Source: the human T2T-CHM13v2.0 reference genome, Homo sapiens
Reading direction: 5' to 3' (one strand)
DNA length: 64,000 nucleotides
NCBI RefSeq assembly: GCF_009914755.1
Contig: NC_060948.1
The translations under genes and the position numbers were made by a program. The notes under the pieces were generated by a model. That model saw only the letters and a program-made list of their open reading frames with translations, had not been told where the DNA came from and searched no databases. Positions 12,968 through 26,781 of this stretch are shown here, in pieces. Each line of letters begins with the position of its first letter. Position 1 is the first letter of the stretch.

Positions 12968-15483
12968 GTTTGATTGTATAAGATTGATCCTGTGTAAATG
13001 GATTTATTGGTGGAGACTCACTCTGAATCCATGGTATAGTACTAAACCCACTAGTTTGTCCAGGGATTTATGGCTGGAAATTCAGGCTTGGTCCACAGCC
13101 TGTCTCCATCAGCTATTGTCTGTGTCCATGAAATTAGTGTCGGAGAGTCATTCAGGATTCCCTGTGTGACTATGTAAGTTTCAGACTGTGTCCAGGCATT
13201 TCCTTCTATAAATTCACCCTCATTCCATGGTAGGACCATATCAGTGATAGCCTTTCTTCAGGGATTAATTGCTGGAGATTTACCTGGAATCCATGTTGAC
13301 TACAAGATACTGGTGGATGTTCAGCATGGGTCTGTGATAGTAATATACCATGTGCCCAGGGACCTACTCCTAGAGTTTCAGCCAGAATCCACGTTGTGAG
13401 TATATCAGTTTCAGACTGTGTCCAATGATGTAGTAATAGTGATTCAGCCTGGATACACATTATTATGACCATATCAGATATAGGAGAATATATCCATGAA
13501 TTCATCACTAGTGATTCAGCATGGGTCCCTAGTGTGATTATATCAGCTTCCAACTGTTTCCAGGAATGTACTGCTGGAGACTCAACCTGGTTTCACAGTG
13601 TTATTGTTTCAGTATCAAATTGTATCTGGTAGTTTACTGCTGGAAAATAAGCTGTGGTCCACAATGAGACTGAATTAAATTCAGATGGGAGCCAGTTGTT
13701 TCCTTCTAGATATTCAGGCTGCAATTTTGTCCAAGGATTTATTGTTGGCATTTCATCAAGGGTCAATTGTATGACAGTTTCAGCTATAGCTTTTGCCCAG
13801 GGATTCATTGCTGGGAATCTATCCTGGGTCCATGGTGTGACTGTCTTAGCTATAGGCTCTGTCAAGGGAATTAAGGCTGGAAATTCACCTTGATTCCAAC
13901 GTGTGACTTTATCAGATACAAAACGTGTCCAGAGATCCACTGCTGGAGATTCAGCAATAGTCCACAGTATGACCGGATCAGTTTCAGACTGTCTCCAGCA
14001 TGTTAATCCTTGAAATTCAGCCTTTGTCCATGTTGTGACTATATCTGCTGACATATTTGTCCAATAGTTTACTGTTGGAGTTTCACACAGTGGGACTGTG
14101 TGAGTTTCAGATTGTGTCCAGGGATTTAATTCTTGAGACTCTCCCTGCATCCATGGTGTTTACATAATAGCTTCATTTTGTATCCAGGAGTTGATTACAC
14201 CAAGGTCTTTCTGAATCCAGGGTCTCAGAATGTCATCTTCAGCCTGGGTCCATGATCTAACTTTACCACTTTCAACCTTGCCCCAGTGTCTAAATGCATA
14301 AGTTTCATGAAGTATCCAGTCTCTTACCTTTTTAGCCACAGGCTGGTTCCAAAACCTCACTATTTCAGTGTCAGACTGTATCCAGTGGTGATCCATCAGA
14401 GTTACTGGTTCTCTCCACTATGTGACTGGCTCTGCTTGAGACTGAAACAAAAGTTTGATGATATCAGCTTCAGTGTGATTCAGGGTCTGCATTTATCAGC
14501 TTCAGGTTGGGACCCGGGTACCACTGTTTCCATTCCAGTTTGGGCCCAATACCTAATTGGATCTGTTTCTGGTCGGGTCCAATGTTTTTCTTTCCATTCT
14601 TCAGTCTGCGTTCTGGGCCACAATATCTAATATTTATGCCGAATCCAGGGTCTCACTCTTTCAGTTTCAGTTTGTAACCATGGTTTAATTGTATCAGCTT
14701 TCAAGTGAGTCAAGAGTCTTCCTGATTGAGTTTCTGGCTGGGACCACGTTTGGAATATGGTTGTTTCAGGCTGATTCCAGGGTCTGATCATGTCAACTTT
14801 AGAGTGAATTAAGGGCTCAATTATGTTCATAATAGGATTTATTAAGATCCATGTCTGCATTGGGGGTTTCAGTATAACAGCCTCATGTTTATTCAATGTA
14901 CTAAATCTATTCATTTGATATAAAGGCCTGATAATACTTGTTTTCTGTTGCATACAGTACCTAATATTGGCATCTTTTGACTTAGCACATGACTATGGAG
15001 TATGCAGTATGGAAGAAATCCAGAACTGATTGACTCAGCTTCCGTCAGAATCCAGTATCCATCTGTCCTTTCTATAGTTTCTTGGGATCGAAATATATTT
15101 AAGACTGGCTGACACCATGGTTCAAAGTTATGGATTACTGTAGGATACTGAGATCCATCTTCATTGAGGGAAGAATGAGCCCATAGTTCAATTTTATTAA
15201 CTCTGAAAGGTACCAGTGGAATCCAGTTGTAAGTTACTGGTTTAACACCAGGTTTAACTCTATGAGCTGCATGATACGTTTGGTGTTTGAATCTGCATCA
15301 CTGTTTCTGTTTTATAAGACACAAACTGTTTCCAAGTTTCAACTTCAGGAGTAATTTCTAGCCAAGGTATAGCTACAAGTTGTCGATGAGATGGAACATT
15401 AATAGATTGAACCTGAGACTGACCAATATCCATCTTAGAAGAAACTGGAGATCCATCTATCCCACTTGAAAAGAGAAACCAGA

Positions 15484-15901
<418 letters not shown>

Positions 15902-16553
15902 TTATAATAGCTAATGTATTAATCCAAGATCTTGCTGAATCAGTCACAGTTTGATACTTATAATTCATTGCATTTTTCTGAGGAAGATTCCAGGATATAG
16001 CTATAATAACAGGGGTACTCCAGTGTTCAGCTGTATTGGGATGATTCCGTAGTTCAGCAACAGGAGAAATCCAGGATCATACCATTGGGAATTTGCTAGC
16101 AGAGGAGAGGTGACCACTTTGAAAGTGTAATAATCTATTGGCATGAAAAAAGTCTCTATTATTTGAACCAAAAAACATTGATTGAGGATTCCAGTGCTTT
16201 CTGTTTACTGGGAAAGTGCTTAATCTTCTCCCCTATGTTTGTACTGAGAATCCATGGAACACCAAAGTGGCAGAGCCTGTGTTAGAGCAAAGTGTGTTTT
16301 GTGGACTGTCTTTTACTCCAGGAGGAAAGTTGCAGGGTAGAGAAAAAGTAGGACCCAGTGGCTTCTGGGATGCCTTGGTAAGCCATCTCATCCATATGTA
16401 TGGGACTGTCCTGATGACAAGAACAGGGTCATAACAGGCTTCTGAGGTTATCACTGACCAGGCCTACCAGTTCCCAGTGACTTCCAAAGAGGCAAAGAAC
16501 AGGAATACCTTGCTGTACCTGAAAGGTTAGAAACAAAGATAACCAAATATATT

Positions 16554-19500
16554 AGAAATACATACAGACATGTAGTATACACTATTAAAATACATAATGC
16601 ATAAATTACATATATATGCAATACATGTATATTAATTATAAAATACACAGATACATATATTTTATGTTCATCAATACTTATATTTATAAATTAGTTAAAT
16701 AGTTATGTGGTTTATACATATATTAAATTATAAGATATTAAATTGTAAATATAAGTTATACTTTTGTATCACATGTAAATTTCATATTACTTGATGGGCA
16801 ATAATAAATATTACATGGTCCATACTTCAAGAGTTCCATATGATACTTAGGAATAAATAATTCTAACTGTGGTTAAAATAGTAAAATTAAATACTAGAGG
16901 GAAATTAGAGGAAAGTTCTATACCATAAAAAATCACCTTCATACTCAAAATCATTATCTGAATATTACTTATGCCTTTAGCCAAGTAATCTTAGGCAAAG
17001 CAAAACTTATACAGTCATATGAAATGACTGTTTGTATCATCTCCTCTGCCACTACATTTGTTGAAGCCATCACCATTTGTTTGGTCTCTCTGCTTGATTC
17101 TGATAGCTACTTGCCTCTCACAGTTTGTTCTCCCAGTAGCCAGAACTACACTCAGAGTAAAAGTACTTATTCTAAAACTGACTACGTAATTGGAAGTAAA
17201 ACACTCCTCAGCAAATGCAAAAGAACAGAAATCATAACAAACAGTCTCTCAGGACACAGTGCAGTCCTCAGGATTAAAAAAGTCACTAAAAGCTGCACAA
17301 CTACATGGAAACTGAACAACCTGCTGCTGAAGGTCTACTGGGTAAATAATGAAATGAATAAAGAAATTCTTTGAAACCGATGAGAACAAAGACACAACAT
17401 ACCAGAATCTCTGAGAAACATTTAAAGCAGGGTTTTGAGGGAAATTTATACCACTTAATATCCACAAGAGAAAGTAGGAAAGATCTAAAATTAGCACACT
17501 AACATCAAAACTGAAAGAACTAGAGAACAAGAAAAGCAAGAGCAAACAAATTCAAAAGCTAGCAGAAGACAAGAAATAACTAAGATAAGAGAAGAACTGA
17601 AGGAGACAGAGACACAAAAAACCCTTCAAGAAAATCAATGAATCCAGGAGCTGGTTTTTCAGAAACATCAACAAAATAGATAGACCACTGGCCAGAGTAA
17701 TAAAGAAGAAAAGAGAGAAGAATCAAATAGACACAATAAAAAATGATAAAGGAGAGATCACCTCTGATCCCATAGAAATACAAACAACCATCAGAGAATA
17801 CTATAAACACCTCTACCAAAATACAGTAGAAAATCTAGAAGAAATGGATAAATTCCTGGATGCACACACCCGCCCAATTTTAAACCAGGAAGAAGTCGAA
17901 TCCCTGAATAGACCAATAACAAGTTCTGAAATTGAGGCAGTAATTCATAACCTATAAAACAAATAAACAAAAAAATCCAGGACTAGATGGATTCATAGAC
18001 AAATTCCAGCAGACATACAAAGAGTAGCTGGTAGCATTCCTTCTGAAATTATTCCAAACAATAGAAAAAGAGAGAATCCTCCTGAACTCGTTTTATGAGG
18101 CCAGAATCATCCTGATATCCAAACCTGGCAGAGACACAGCAAAAAAAGAGAAAATTTCAGGCCAATATCCCTGATGAACATTGATGCAAAAATCCTCAAT
18201 GAAATACTGGCAAACCAAATCCAGCAGCACATCAAAAAATGTATCCACCACGATCAAGTCAGGTTCATACCTGGATGCAAGGCTGATTCAACATGTGCAA
18301 ATCAATAAATGCAATCCATCACATAGACAGAACCAATGACAAAAACCACATGATTATCTCAATAGATCCAGAAAACCCCTTCAACAAAATTCAACATCCC
18401 TTCATGATAAAAACTCAATAAAGTAGGTATTGATAGAACATATTTCAAAATAATAAGACCTACTTATGACAAACCCACAGTCAATGTCATACTGAATGGC
18501 TGAACCTGGAAGCTTTCTTTCCCTCTGAAAATCTGCACAAGACAATGATGCCCCCTCTCTCACCACTCCTATTCACCATAGTATTGGAAGTTCTGACCAG
18601 GGCAATCAGGCAATTGAAAGAAATAAAGGGTATTGAAGTAGGAAAAGAGGAAGTCAAATTGTCTCTGTTTGCAGATTACAAGATTGTATATTTAGAAAAC
18701 CCCACTGTCTCAGCTCAAAATCTCCTTAAGCTGATAAGCAACTTCAGCAAAGTCTCAAGATACAAAATCAATGTGCAAAAATCACAAGCATTCCTATACA
18801 CCAATAGCAAACAGCGAGCCAAATCATGAGTGAACTCACATACACAATTGCTACAAAGAGAATAAAATACCTAGGAATATAACTTACAAGGGATGTAAAG
18901 GACCTTTTCAAGGAGAACTACAAAACACTGCTGAAGGAAATCAGAGAGGACACAAATACATGGAAAAACATTCCATGTTCATTATAGGAAGAATCAATAT
19001 TTTGAAAATGGCCATCCTGCCCAAAGTAATTTATAGATTCAATGCTATCCCCATTAAAGGTATGATTGACTTTCTTCACAGAATTGTTAAAAACTATATT
19101 AAACTTCATATGGAGCCAAAAAAGAGCTGGCATAGCCAAGACAATCCTAAACAAAAAGAAGAAAGCTGTAGGCATCATGCTACCTGTCTTCAAACTGTAA
19201 CAACACAAGGCTACAATAAGCAAAACAGCATGGTACTGGTACCAAAACAGATATATAGACCAATGAAACAGAACATAAGTCTCTGACATAATACCACGCC
19301 TCTACAACCATGTGATCTTTGGCAAATCTAACAGAAACAAGCAATGGGGAAAGGATTTCCTATTTAATAAATGGTATTTGGAGAACTGGCTAGCCATATG
19401 CAGAAAACTGAAACTGGACCCCTTCCTTACACCTTATACAAAAATTAACTCAAGATGGATTAAAGACTTAAACATAACACCTAAAACCATAAAAACCCTA

Positions 19501-21242
19501 GAAGAAAACCTAGATGATACCATTCAGCACGTAGGCATCAACAAACACTTCATGTCTAAAACACCAAAAGCAATGGCAACAAAAGCCAAAATTGACAAAT
19601 GGGACCTAAGTAAACTAAAGAGCTTCTGACAGCAAAAGAAACTATCATTAGAGTGAACAGGCAACCTACAGAATGGGAGAACATTTTTGTAATCTATCCA
19701 TCTAACAAAGGACCAATATCCACAATCTACAAGGAACTTAATCAAATTTACGAGAAAAAAATAAAACCACCCATCAAAAAGTGAGCCAATGATATGAACA
19801 GACACTTCTCAAAAGGAGACATTTATGCAGCCAACAAACATGAAAAAAAGTTCATCATCCCTGATCATTAGATAAATGCAAATCAAAACCACAATGAGAT
19901 ACCATCTCATGCCATTTAGAATGGTGATCATTAAAAAGTCAGGAAACAACAGATGCTGGAGACGACTGGAGAAATAAGAATGCTTTTACACTGTTGGTGG
20001 TAGTGTAAATTAGTTCAACCATTGCGGAATACAGTCTGGTGATTCCTCAAGGATCTAAAACTAGAAATACCATTTGACCAGGCAATCCCTTTACGGGTTA
20101 TATACCCAAAGGATTATAAATCATTCCACTATAAAGACACATGCAAACTTATGTTTATTGAGGGATTGTTCACAATAGCAAAGACTTGGAACCAACCCAA
20201 ATGTCCATCAATGATAGACGTGATAAAGAAAATGTGACACATATACACTATGGAATACTAAGCAGCCATAGAAAAGGATGAGTTTATGTCCTTTGCAGGG
20301 ACATGGGTGAAGCTGGAAAGCATCATTCTCAGCAAACTAACACAAGGACAGGAAGCCAAACATGGCATGTTCTTATTCATAAGTTGGAGTTGAACAATGA
20401 GAACACATGGAGGGGAACATCATACACCGGGGCTTGTCGGTGGGTGGAGGGTTAGAGGAGGTATAGTATTAGAAGAAATACCTAATATATGTGATGGGTT
20501 GATGGGTGCAGCAAACCACCATAACACATGTATACCTATGTAACAAAACTGCACGTTCTGCACATGTACCCCAGAACTTAAAGTATATACAAAAAAGAAA
20601 TACATATTTATATATAGACATATACTATACATATATTAAAATATATATAATGCACAATATACATGTATTAAATACATATATTGCACAAAGTTCATCTATA
20701 GGTAATACATATATAATTATAAAATATGTGGATGCATATATTGTATATGTTTAGGAATACTTATATTTATAAATTAGTTATATAGCTTATATGATTTATA
20801 CATATATTAAATTATAAGATATTAACTTAAAAGTATAAATTATAGTTTTCTATCACATGTAAATTCCATATTACTTGATAGACAGTAATAAATTTTACAT
20901 TTTATATACTTCATGAGTTCCATATTAACACTTAGGCATAAATAATTGTAACTCTGGTTAAAAGAGTGAAATAAGATACTAGAGGGAATTTAGAGGAAAG
21001 TTCTAAACAAAGATCACTTACATACCCAACATCGTTATCTGAATATTATTTATGCCCTCAGCCAAGTAACTTTAGGCAAAGCACAACTTATACAGTCACA
21101 TGAAATGACTGGGAGTATCACTTTCTCTGCCGTTACGTTTGTTGAAGCATCATCATTTGTTTGGTCTCTCTGCTTGAACCTGATACTCACTTGCAGCTTA
21201 CAGTTTGTTCTCCCTGTAGCCAGAATTATACTCTGCGTAAAA
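16554..21242 (+). repeat. ~600-bp diverged direct duplication flanking the truncated L1 (16554-17161 and ~20596-21242)
   Basis: Collinear shared blocks such as 'atacttatatttataaattagtt', 'tactagaggg.aattagaggaaagttcta' and 'tttgtttggtctctctgcttga'. Confidence 0.85.
17165..20597 (+). mobile_element. 5'-truncated older L1PA element (ORF2 remnant plus 3'UTR)
   Basis: Fragmented ORF2 translations ([36 protein letters not shown]), many stops, and a 3'UTR ending 'gaacttaaagtata' plus A-tail. Confidence 0.92.
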
Positions 21243-22524
21243 CCAAAAGGATTTGTCTTTGATCTCAATTAAGTGTTTTATTTTGTTCATCTTGCCACAT
21301 GATGGGAGTATGACTACTTGCTTAATTCTAGTCTCAGAATTATTTCAGTGGTTATTTTCTCTGCCTGGAATTCTCTTCCTTCAAATATCTGCCTAGATTA
21401 CTGCCCCAAAGGTTTAGTCTTTGCTTAAGTAAAGCATTTTTAAAGTCATGCCACTCCAAAAGACATTTGCCAACATCTTTCTATCACTTATTAATTTATC
21501 AAAATATGTTTTACCACTGAACATTTTACTTTACTTTTTTCTTGCTTGTAGATTGACAAAAAATGTAAGCTTCATGATAGTAAGCCTAATTACATGATTT
21601 TATAACCAATAACCCTTAGCCCACACGAAAATAAATGATTAAGCACTTCATATTTTACAAATGAATGACTGCTCATTGTTTTTGTTCTATATTCAATATC
21701 ATTACGTTGAAATGTAAAGAATATTAATTTATTTAACATATTAACAGATTCTTAAATATGATTTAATTTTTAAAGACCATCTTGCCTATTGCTTTCCAGA
21801 ACAGAAAATGTTTTATTCCTCTAAAATGTGCTACTTTTGCTTTAAAATATTTCTGTAGGAAATTTTTTTCTGTGGCTCCTACTGATTAAATAATCAAGTC
21901 TAAATATCATAACTTCAAATTATGAATTCAGCTTATTTTTCTGTTCTCATGTCTTCTCTATCTCTTTTTACCAACTTTTTTCAGAAAAAAAAACACATTT
22001 TCCTATCCAAATATAATCTATGTATTAAATATTCTTCCTACATCTGTATATCTTATTTCTATAATAAAGAGCTGCTTTTCTTTCAAAGCCCATTCTAAAA
22101 ACCTAATGAATGTGTACATATAATGAACCATATATTCTATATATTCCTACTGTTTGCAATACAAATTCCTGCATGAACATGGACCATTATATCTTGTAAA
22201 GTTATTGCACTATCCTTTACACTTGATTTATTTCATATTAGGCAGTAAGCTCTCTAACTACAGGGCTCAGGATTGGATTTTCTGAGAAGTGGGATGAGGC
22301 CTGTTTCCTGTATGTGCCCCATTAGGTTAGAATTCTTTGTCTGTACTGGTATCCTGCCTGTCTTAATTGCAAGTTTTTTAAGTACAAATTTTATGATTTT
22401 TTATGGTAGTCTTTTGGACTTCGAAAATGTTCCAATAATGTTTGTTAGCAAAGAATATTGAAATGATTTAGTAACCTTTCTCCATCATAAATTCCATTCA
22501 TATTTCAAATAGTTTAACTTTTCT

Positions 22525-23690
22525 ATTTTTTTTTTTTTTTTGAGAGAATGACTCTTCTCTGTCCCCTAGGGTGGAGTGCAGTGGCACAATCTCAGCTCAC
22601 TGCAAACTCTGCCTTCTGGGCTCAAGCGAGTCTCATGCCTCAGCCTCCTCAGTGGCTGGTATTACAGGCACACATAACCACGACAGGCCAGTTTTTGTAT
22701 TTTTAGTAGAGAAAAGGGTTTCACCATGTTGGTCAGCCTGGTTAAGTTTCCTTCTAAGGCCAAGCGTGGTGGCACATGACAGTTATCCAATGTAATTTGG
22801 GAGGTTGAGGTGGGCAGATCACTTGATCCCAGGAGTTCAAGATTAGCCTGGGCAACAGTAAGACTCCAACACTAGAGAAAAATAATTAACTAGGTGTTGT
22901 GGTGCATGCCTATGGTTCCAGCTACTGGGAAGTCTGAGATGGGAGTATCACTTGAGCCTGGGATGTCAAGGCTGCAGTGAGCACTGATTATGTCATTGTA
23001 CTCCAGCCTGGATGACAGAGTGAGACCCTGTGTAAAAAAATAATAATAATAATAATTCTGGCCATTTTTGTCTTATTAATTGTGGCTATTTATACACTAA
23101 ATATTACCCCCTTCAGAAGGTACTACATGATATCCTACATTAGGCTTTAAGAAAAAGACCATGATATTCTTTCAAAAGTAGCTATTTGTAGACGTGTGTT
23201 TTTCAGAACTAATTTTGCTGTGTCATTTTGGATTTTCATAATTGATAATGACCTTTCATGACTTCAGATTTTCATTTTTTATAAATTCTCAGTTTATATT
23301 TGTTTAATTGGATTATAGATTTTTTCTAACAACTGAGTTCAGGAATCAAACTATAACTCTGTCGGTTTTTCCCTTTGTTTCTAAATACCTTTTCATTTAT
23401 TCTATTTGTTCATTTTTTTTTTTTTTTTTAGAAACATAGTCTCCCAGGCTGGAGTGAAGTGACAAGATCATAGGTTACTGCAACCTCAAACTCCCTGGCT
23501 CAAGCAATTCTTTCCCAACAGACTTCAAAGTAGCTAGGGCTACAGGCACAGTCCAAAACACCCAGCTATTTTTTTTTTTCTAGAGACAGCATCTCACTAT
23601 GTTCACCAAGCTAGTCTGGAACTCTTGGCCTCAAGTGATCCTCCTGCCTCAGTTTCCCAAAGTATTGAAATTATAGGCATGAGCCCCTGT
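22525..23690. mobile_element. Alu cluster: 22525-22745(-), 22757-23055(+), 23415-23690(-)
   Basis: Alu homology. Confidence 0.8.
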
Positions 23691-23869
23691 GGCTTCAAAG
23701 ACTTTCTATGTAAGTTCCCTATTTCTCAATTTTTTAAAATCACTAAAAATGCTTCTGCTTTATTTATTTGTGATTAAAGAAAATACATTCCTTCATGAAC
23801 CTTTATAGAATTGGTAAGGTGTTTCTACAACCCCCTCACAATGCTAACTTTGCCTTTATATAGGAAGTT

Positions 23870-24007
23870 CCCAGCAGTCTTCTTGTGGCTGACTCCAGAT
23901 ACATAAATTATTATTCCTAGTCTTGTGAGTATGTTGATGGTGGCAGAAGAAGGGGTCTAGAAGCTTGACTGACAACTTCTTGATACTGCTGCCAAAGTTA
24001 TTGTGAG
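23870..24007 (-). pseudogene. PRSSLY-like exon, trypsin-like domain 1
   Basis: tttcttcag| HNNFGSSIKKLSVKLLDPFFCHHQHTHKTRNNNLCIWSQPQEDCW, the L.K..V.L....C....LC....D.C pattern. Confidence 0.6.
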
Positions 24008-24399
24008 CTGAAGAAACAGAGATGAGAAGGATATGAGACATGCATTATTCCATTAGGCAATTTATAGCATGGCTTTCCTATAAGATTTTATATTATAGCT
24101 TTCATTCATTACAAATATCCCTGAGACAGTTCAAATTCTCCTTTTCTCCATCTTATCTCATATATACTTACTTCATAGACTCTTGGATTTTGGCAAATCA
24201 CCTTACACCAGGTAACATAATTCAGAGTAATTTCAATGCCTGACATTGTGATTTTACTTCCATTGTTACCCATATAAAGAGGAATAATATGGATTCAATT
24301 GTATGCTAGTTTTTTATACACTTCTGATTTTATTTTTCCATTAATTTTGTTTTTATTGTCAACCTCTGAATTATATTAATGATATAGAGAATATGACTC

Positions 24400-24720
24400 T
24401 TGTGGCTTAGTCTGATATTGCTATACCCTGCAGTGTCTGTACAAGCAGTTATAACAGCTCTTCCAAAAGATGTTGTAAGTGTGGGAATCTGGCATTTCTT
24501 CACTTCTGATAGGGTATTGGAGAAGGACCACTCCTATATCCCCCATTCCTGGATCTGTTCCGATTTGTGGATTAAATCTTGGGTGCAGGCAGATTTTGGG
24601 GCCCAGTAAAACACTGGTGAATGACTCCAGAAATGGTTAGTGTGCACTGCATTCTGGTCAATGACTCCTGAAATGGTTAGGGTGCAAATAGTTCCTAATG
24701 GAATGGAAACATAAAGAATA
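24400..24720 (-). pseudogene. PRSSLY-like exon, trypsin-like domain 1 (Asp motif)
   Basis: Frameshifted reading gives DIGVVLLQYPI (DIALL.L..PI-like). Boundaries are uncertain. Confidence 0.5.
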
Positions 24721-24797
24721 CAATAAAGATTAAAGTGAGAAAACATTTAATTTTACTTCAATTTAAACTTAAATGTTTGCTAAAATATAATTTTTGT

Positions 24798-25915
24798 TGG
24801 CTGGGCATGGTAGGTCAGACCTGTAATCCCTGCATTTTGAGAGGCCTGTAATCCCATGACTGCCCAACACAGGCAGACAACTTCAGGTCAGGAGTTTCAG
24901 ACCAGCCTGGATAATACCGTGAAACCCATCACTACTAAAAATACAAGAAAAAAATGGGTAGGTATTGTGGCACGCACCTTTAGTCCAAGCTACTCAGGAG
25001 GCTCAGGCAAGAGAATCACTTGTATCGGGAATGGAGGTTATAGTGACTGAGATTGTGCCACTGCACTGCAGCCTGGATGACAAAGCGAGACTCCATCTCA
25101 ATAATAATAATAATACAATAAAATATAAAATAAAATAAATCCTTATTTAGCAATTTAAGCACTTGATATTTTACAAATGAATGATCCCTCATTTTTATTC
25201 TATATGCTATATCATTACAGTGAAATGTAAACAGTATAAATTTATTTAATAGACTGCATTGTTGCTAGATGCTGACAATGGGGCAACCATTGGGGTCAAC
25301 GAGTATAACCACTGCTTCTGAGAATTAGGAACTAAATGCCTTTATATTGTACTTCATTTTGTACTTTTTGTTAATTTGTTTTTGGGACAGGTTCTCACTC
25401 GGTTACCCAGACTGGAGTGTAGTCGCTTGATCATGGCTAACTGCAGCCTTGACCTCTCCACTCAAGCAATCCTCCTACCTTAGACTTCTGAGTAGATCAT
25501 ACTACAGGCATATACCACCGAAAGTAGCTAATTTTTGAAACAAATATTCTTAGAGATAAGGTCTTTCTATGTTGTTCAGGTTGGTCTTGAACTCTTGGAC
25601 TTAAGTGATCCTCCCAGTTCAGCCTCCCAAGCAGCTGGCACCATAGGCGTGCACCACCAAGCATAGCTAATTAAAAAAAATTCATATATTAGAGATGGGA
25701 TATCCCTGTGTTGCCCAAGATGATCATGAACTCCTGGGATCAAGCGATTCTTTCACTGCAGCCTCCCAAAATGCTGAGATTACTGGTGTGAGCCACAGCA
25801 CCTGTTCAGTATTTTCTCCCCCTTTCTTTCCTTCCTTCTCTTTCTTTCTCTTTCTTTTTCTTTCTTTCTTTCTTTCTTTTCTTTCTTTCTTTTTTCTTTC
25901 TTTCTTTCTTTCTTT

Positions 25916-25958
<43 letters not shown>

Positions 25959-26500
25959 CTCTCTCTTTCTTTCTCTCTTTCTCTCTTTCTTTTCTTTTGT
26001 TTATTTCTTACAGGGTCTCACTCCCAGCAACATGTCATGGCTAGTGTCCATGGCTGAATCCTGCCAGGGTATTATTCTCAGTTGGTGGTAGATCCTGTCT
26101 ACAGCCAGCTGTCTGACTAAACTGTAATTATGTAGAACAAGGCTAAAGAGCAGTGGCTCAATACAGCCAAGTTATCAGGCTTAGGTGATCCTACCACCTC
26201 AGCCTCCCAAGGAGCTAAGATGGGGTCTCACTCCAGTTGCCCAGGCTGGAGTGTAGTGGAACAATCTTGGCTGACTGCCACCTCTGCGTCTCAGGTTCAA
26301 GCCATCTTCCTGCCTTAGCCTCTTGAGTATCTGCAAGTACGGGTATGCACCACCATGCCCAGCTAATTTTTGTATTTTTGGTACAGATGATGTTTCAGCA
26401 TGTTGCCCAGGCTGGTCTCAAACTCCTGGGCTGAAGCAATTTTCATGCATTGATCTCCCAAAGTGCTGGGGGTTACAGGAATGAGCCACCATACCTGGCC
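24798..26500. mobile_element. Alu cluster: 24798-25140(+), 25375-25805(-), 26180-26500(-)
   Basis: Alu homology. Confidence 0.8.
25820..25995 (+). repeat. (TTTC)n / pyrimidine microsatellite
   Basis: Directly visible. Confidence 0.9.
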
Positions 26501-26631
26501 TATTATTTTCTAAAGAAGATTAAAGTCCCTTTCATGTATCAAAATCCAAGGCAAATATAGTTAATAATGATGAAATAGATCTAAAAACTAAATGTAAGCA
26601 TAATTCCATTCTCATGGTTCTAAATACTTAC

Positions 26632-26781
26632 AGTTTAGTCAGACAGCTGGCTGTAGACAGGATCCACCACCAACTCAGAATAATACCCTGGCAGGATTCA
26701 GCCATGGACACTAGCCAGGATGTGTTGCTGGATGCTGATAATGGGGCCATCAATGGGGTCAACATGTATAACCACAGATTC
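26632..26781 (-). pseudogene. PRSSLY-like exon 2, start of trypsin-like domain 1
   Basis: ttctcag| ... |gtaagt boundaries; SWLVSMAESCQGIILSWWWILSTASCL matches PW.VS...CGG.ILS..WILTAAHC. Confidence 0.75.

Noticed and set aside
9900-15470. CRISPR-like array suggested by the ~33-bp periodicity
   Set aside because: There is no identical repeat with unique spacers. The periodicity is codon-level (W every 11 aa), the context is mammalian and there are no cas genes.
25695-26057. Hydrophobic 'transmembrane' ORFs (also 15720 and 28935)
   Set aside because: These are microsatellite translations (TTTC/TTCC).
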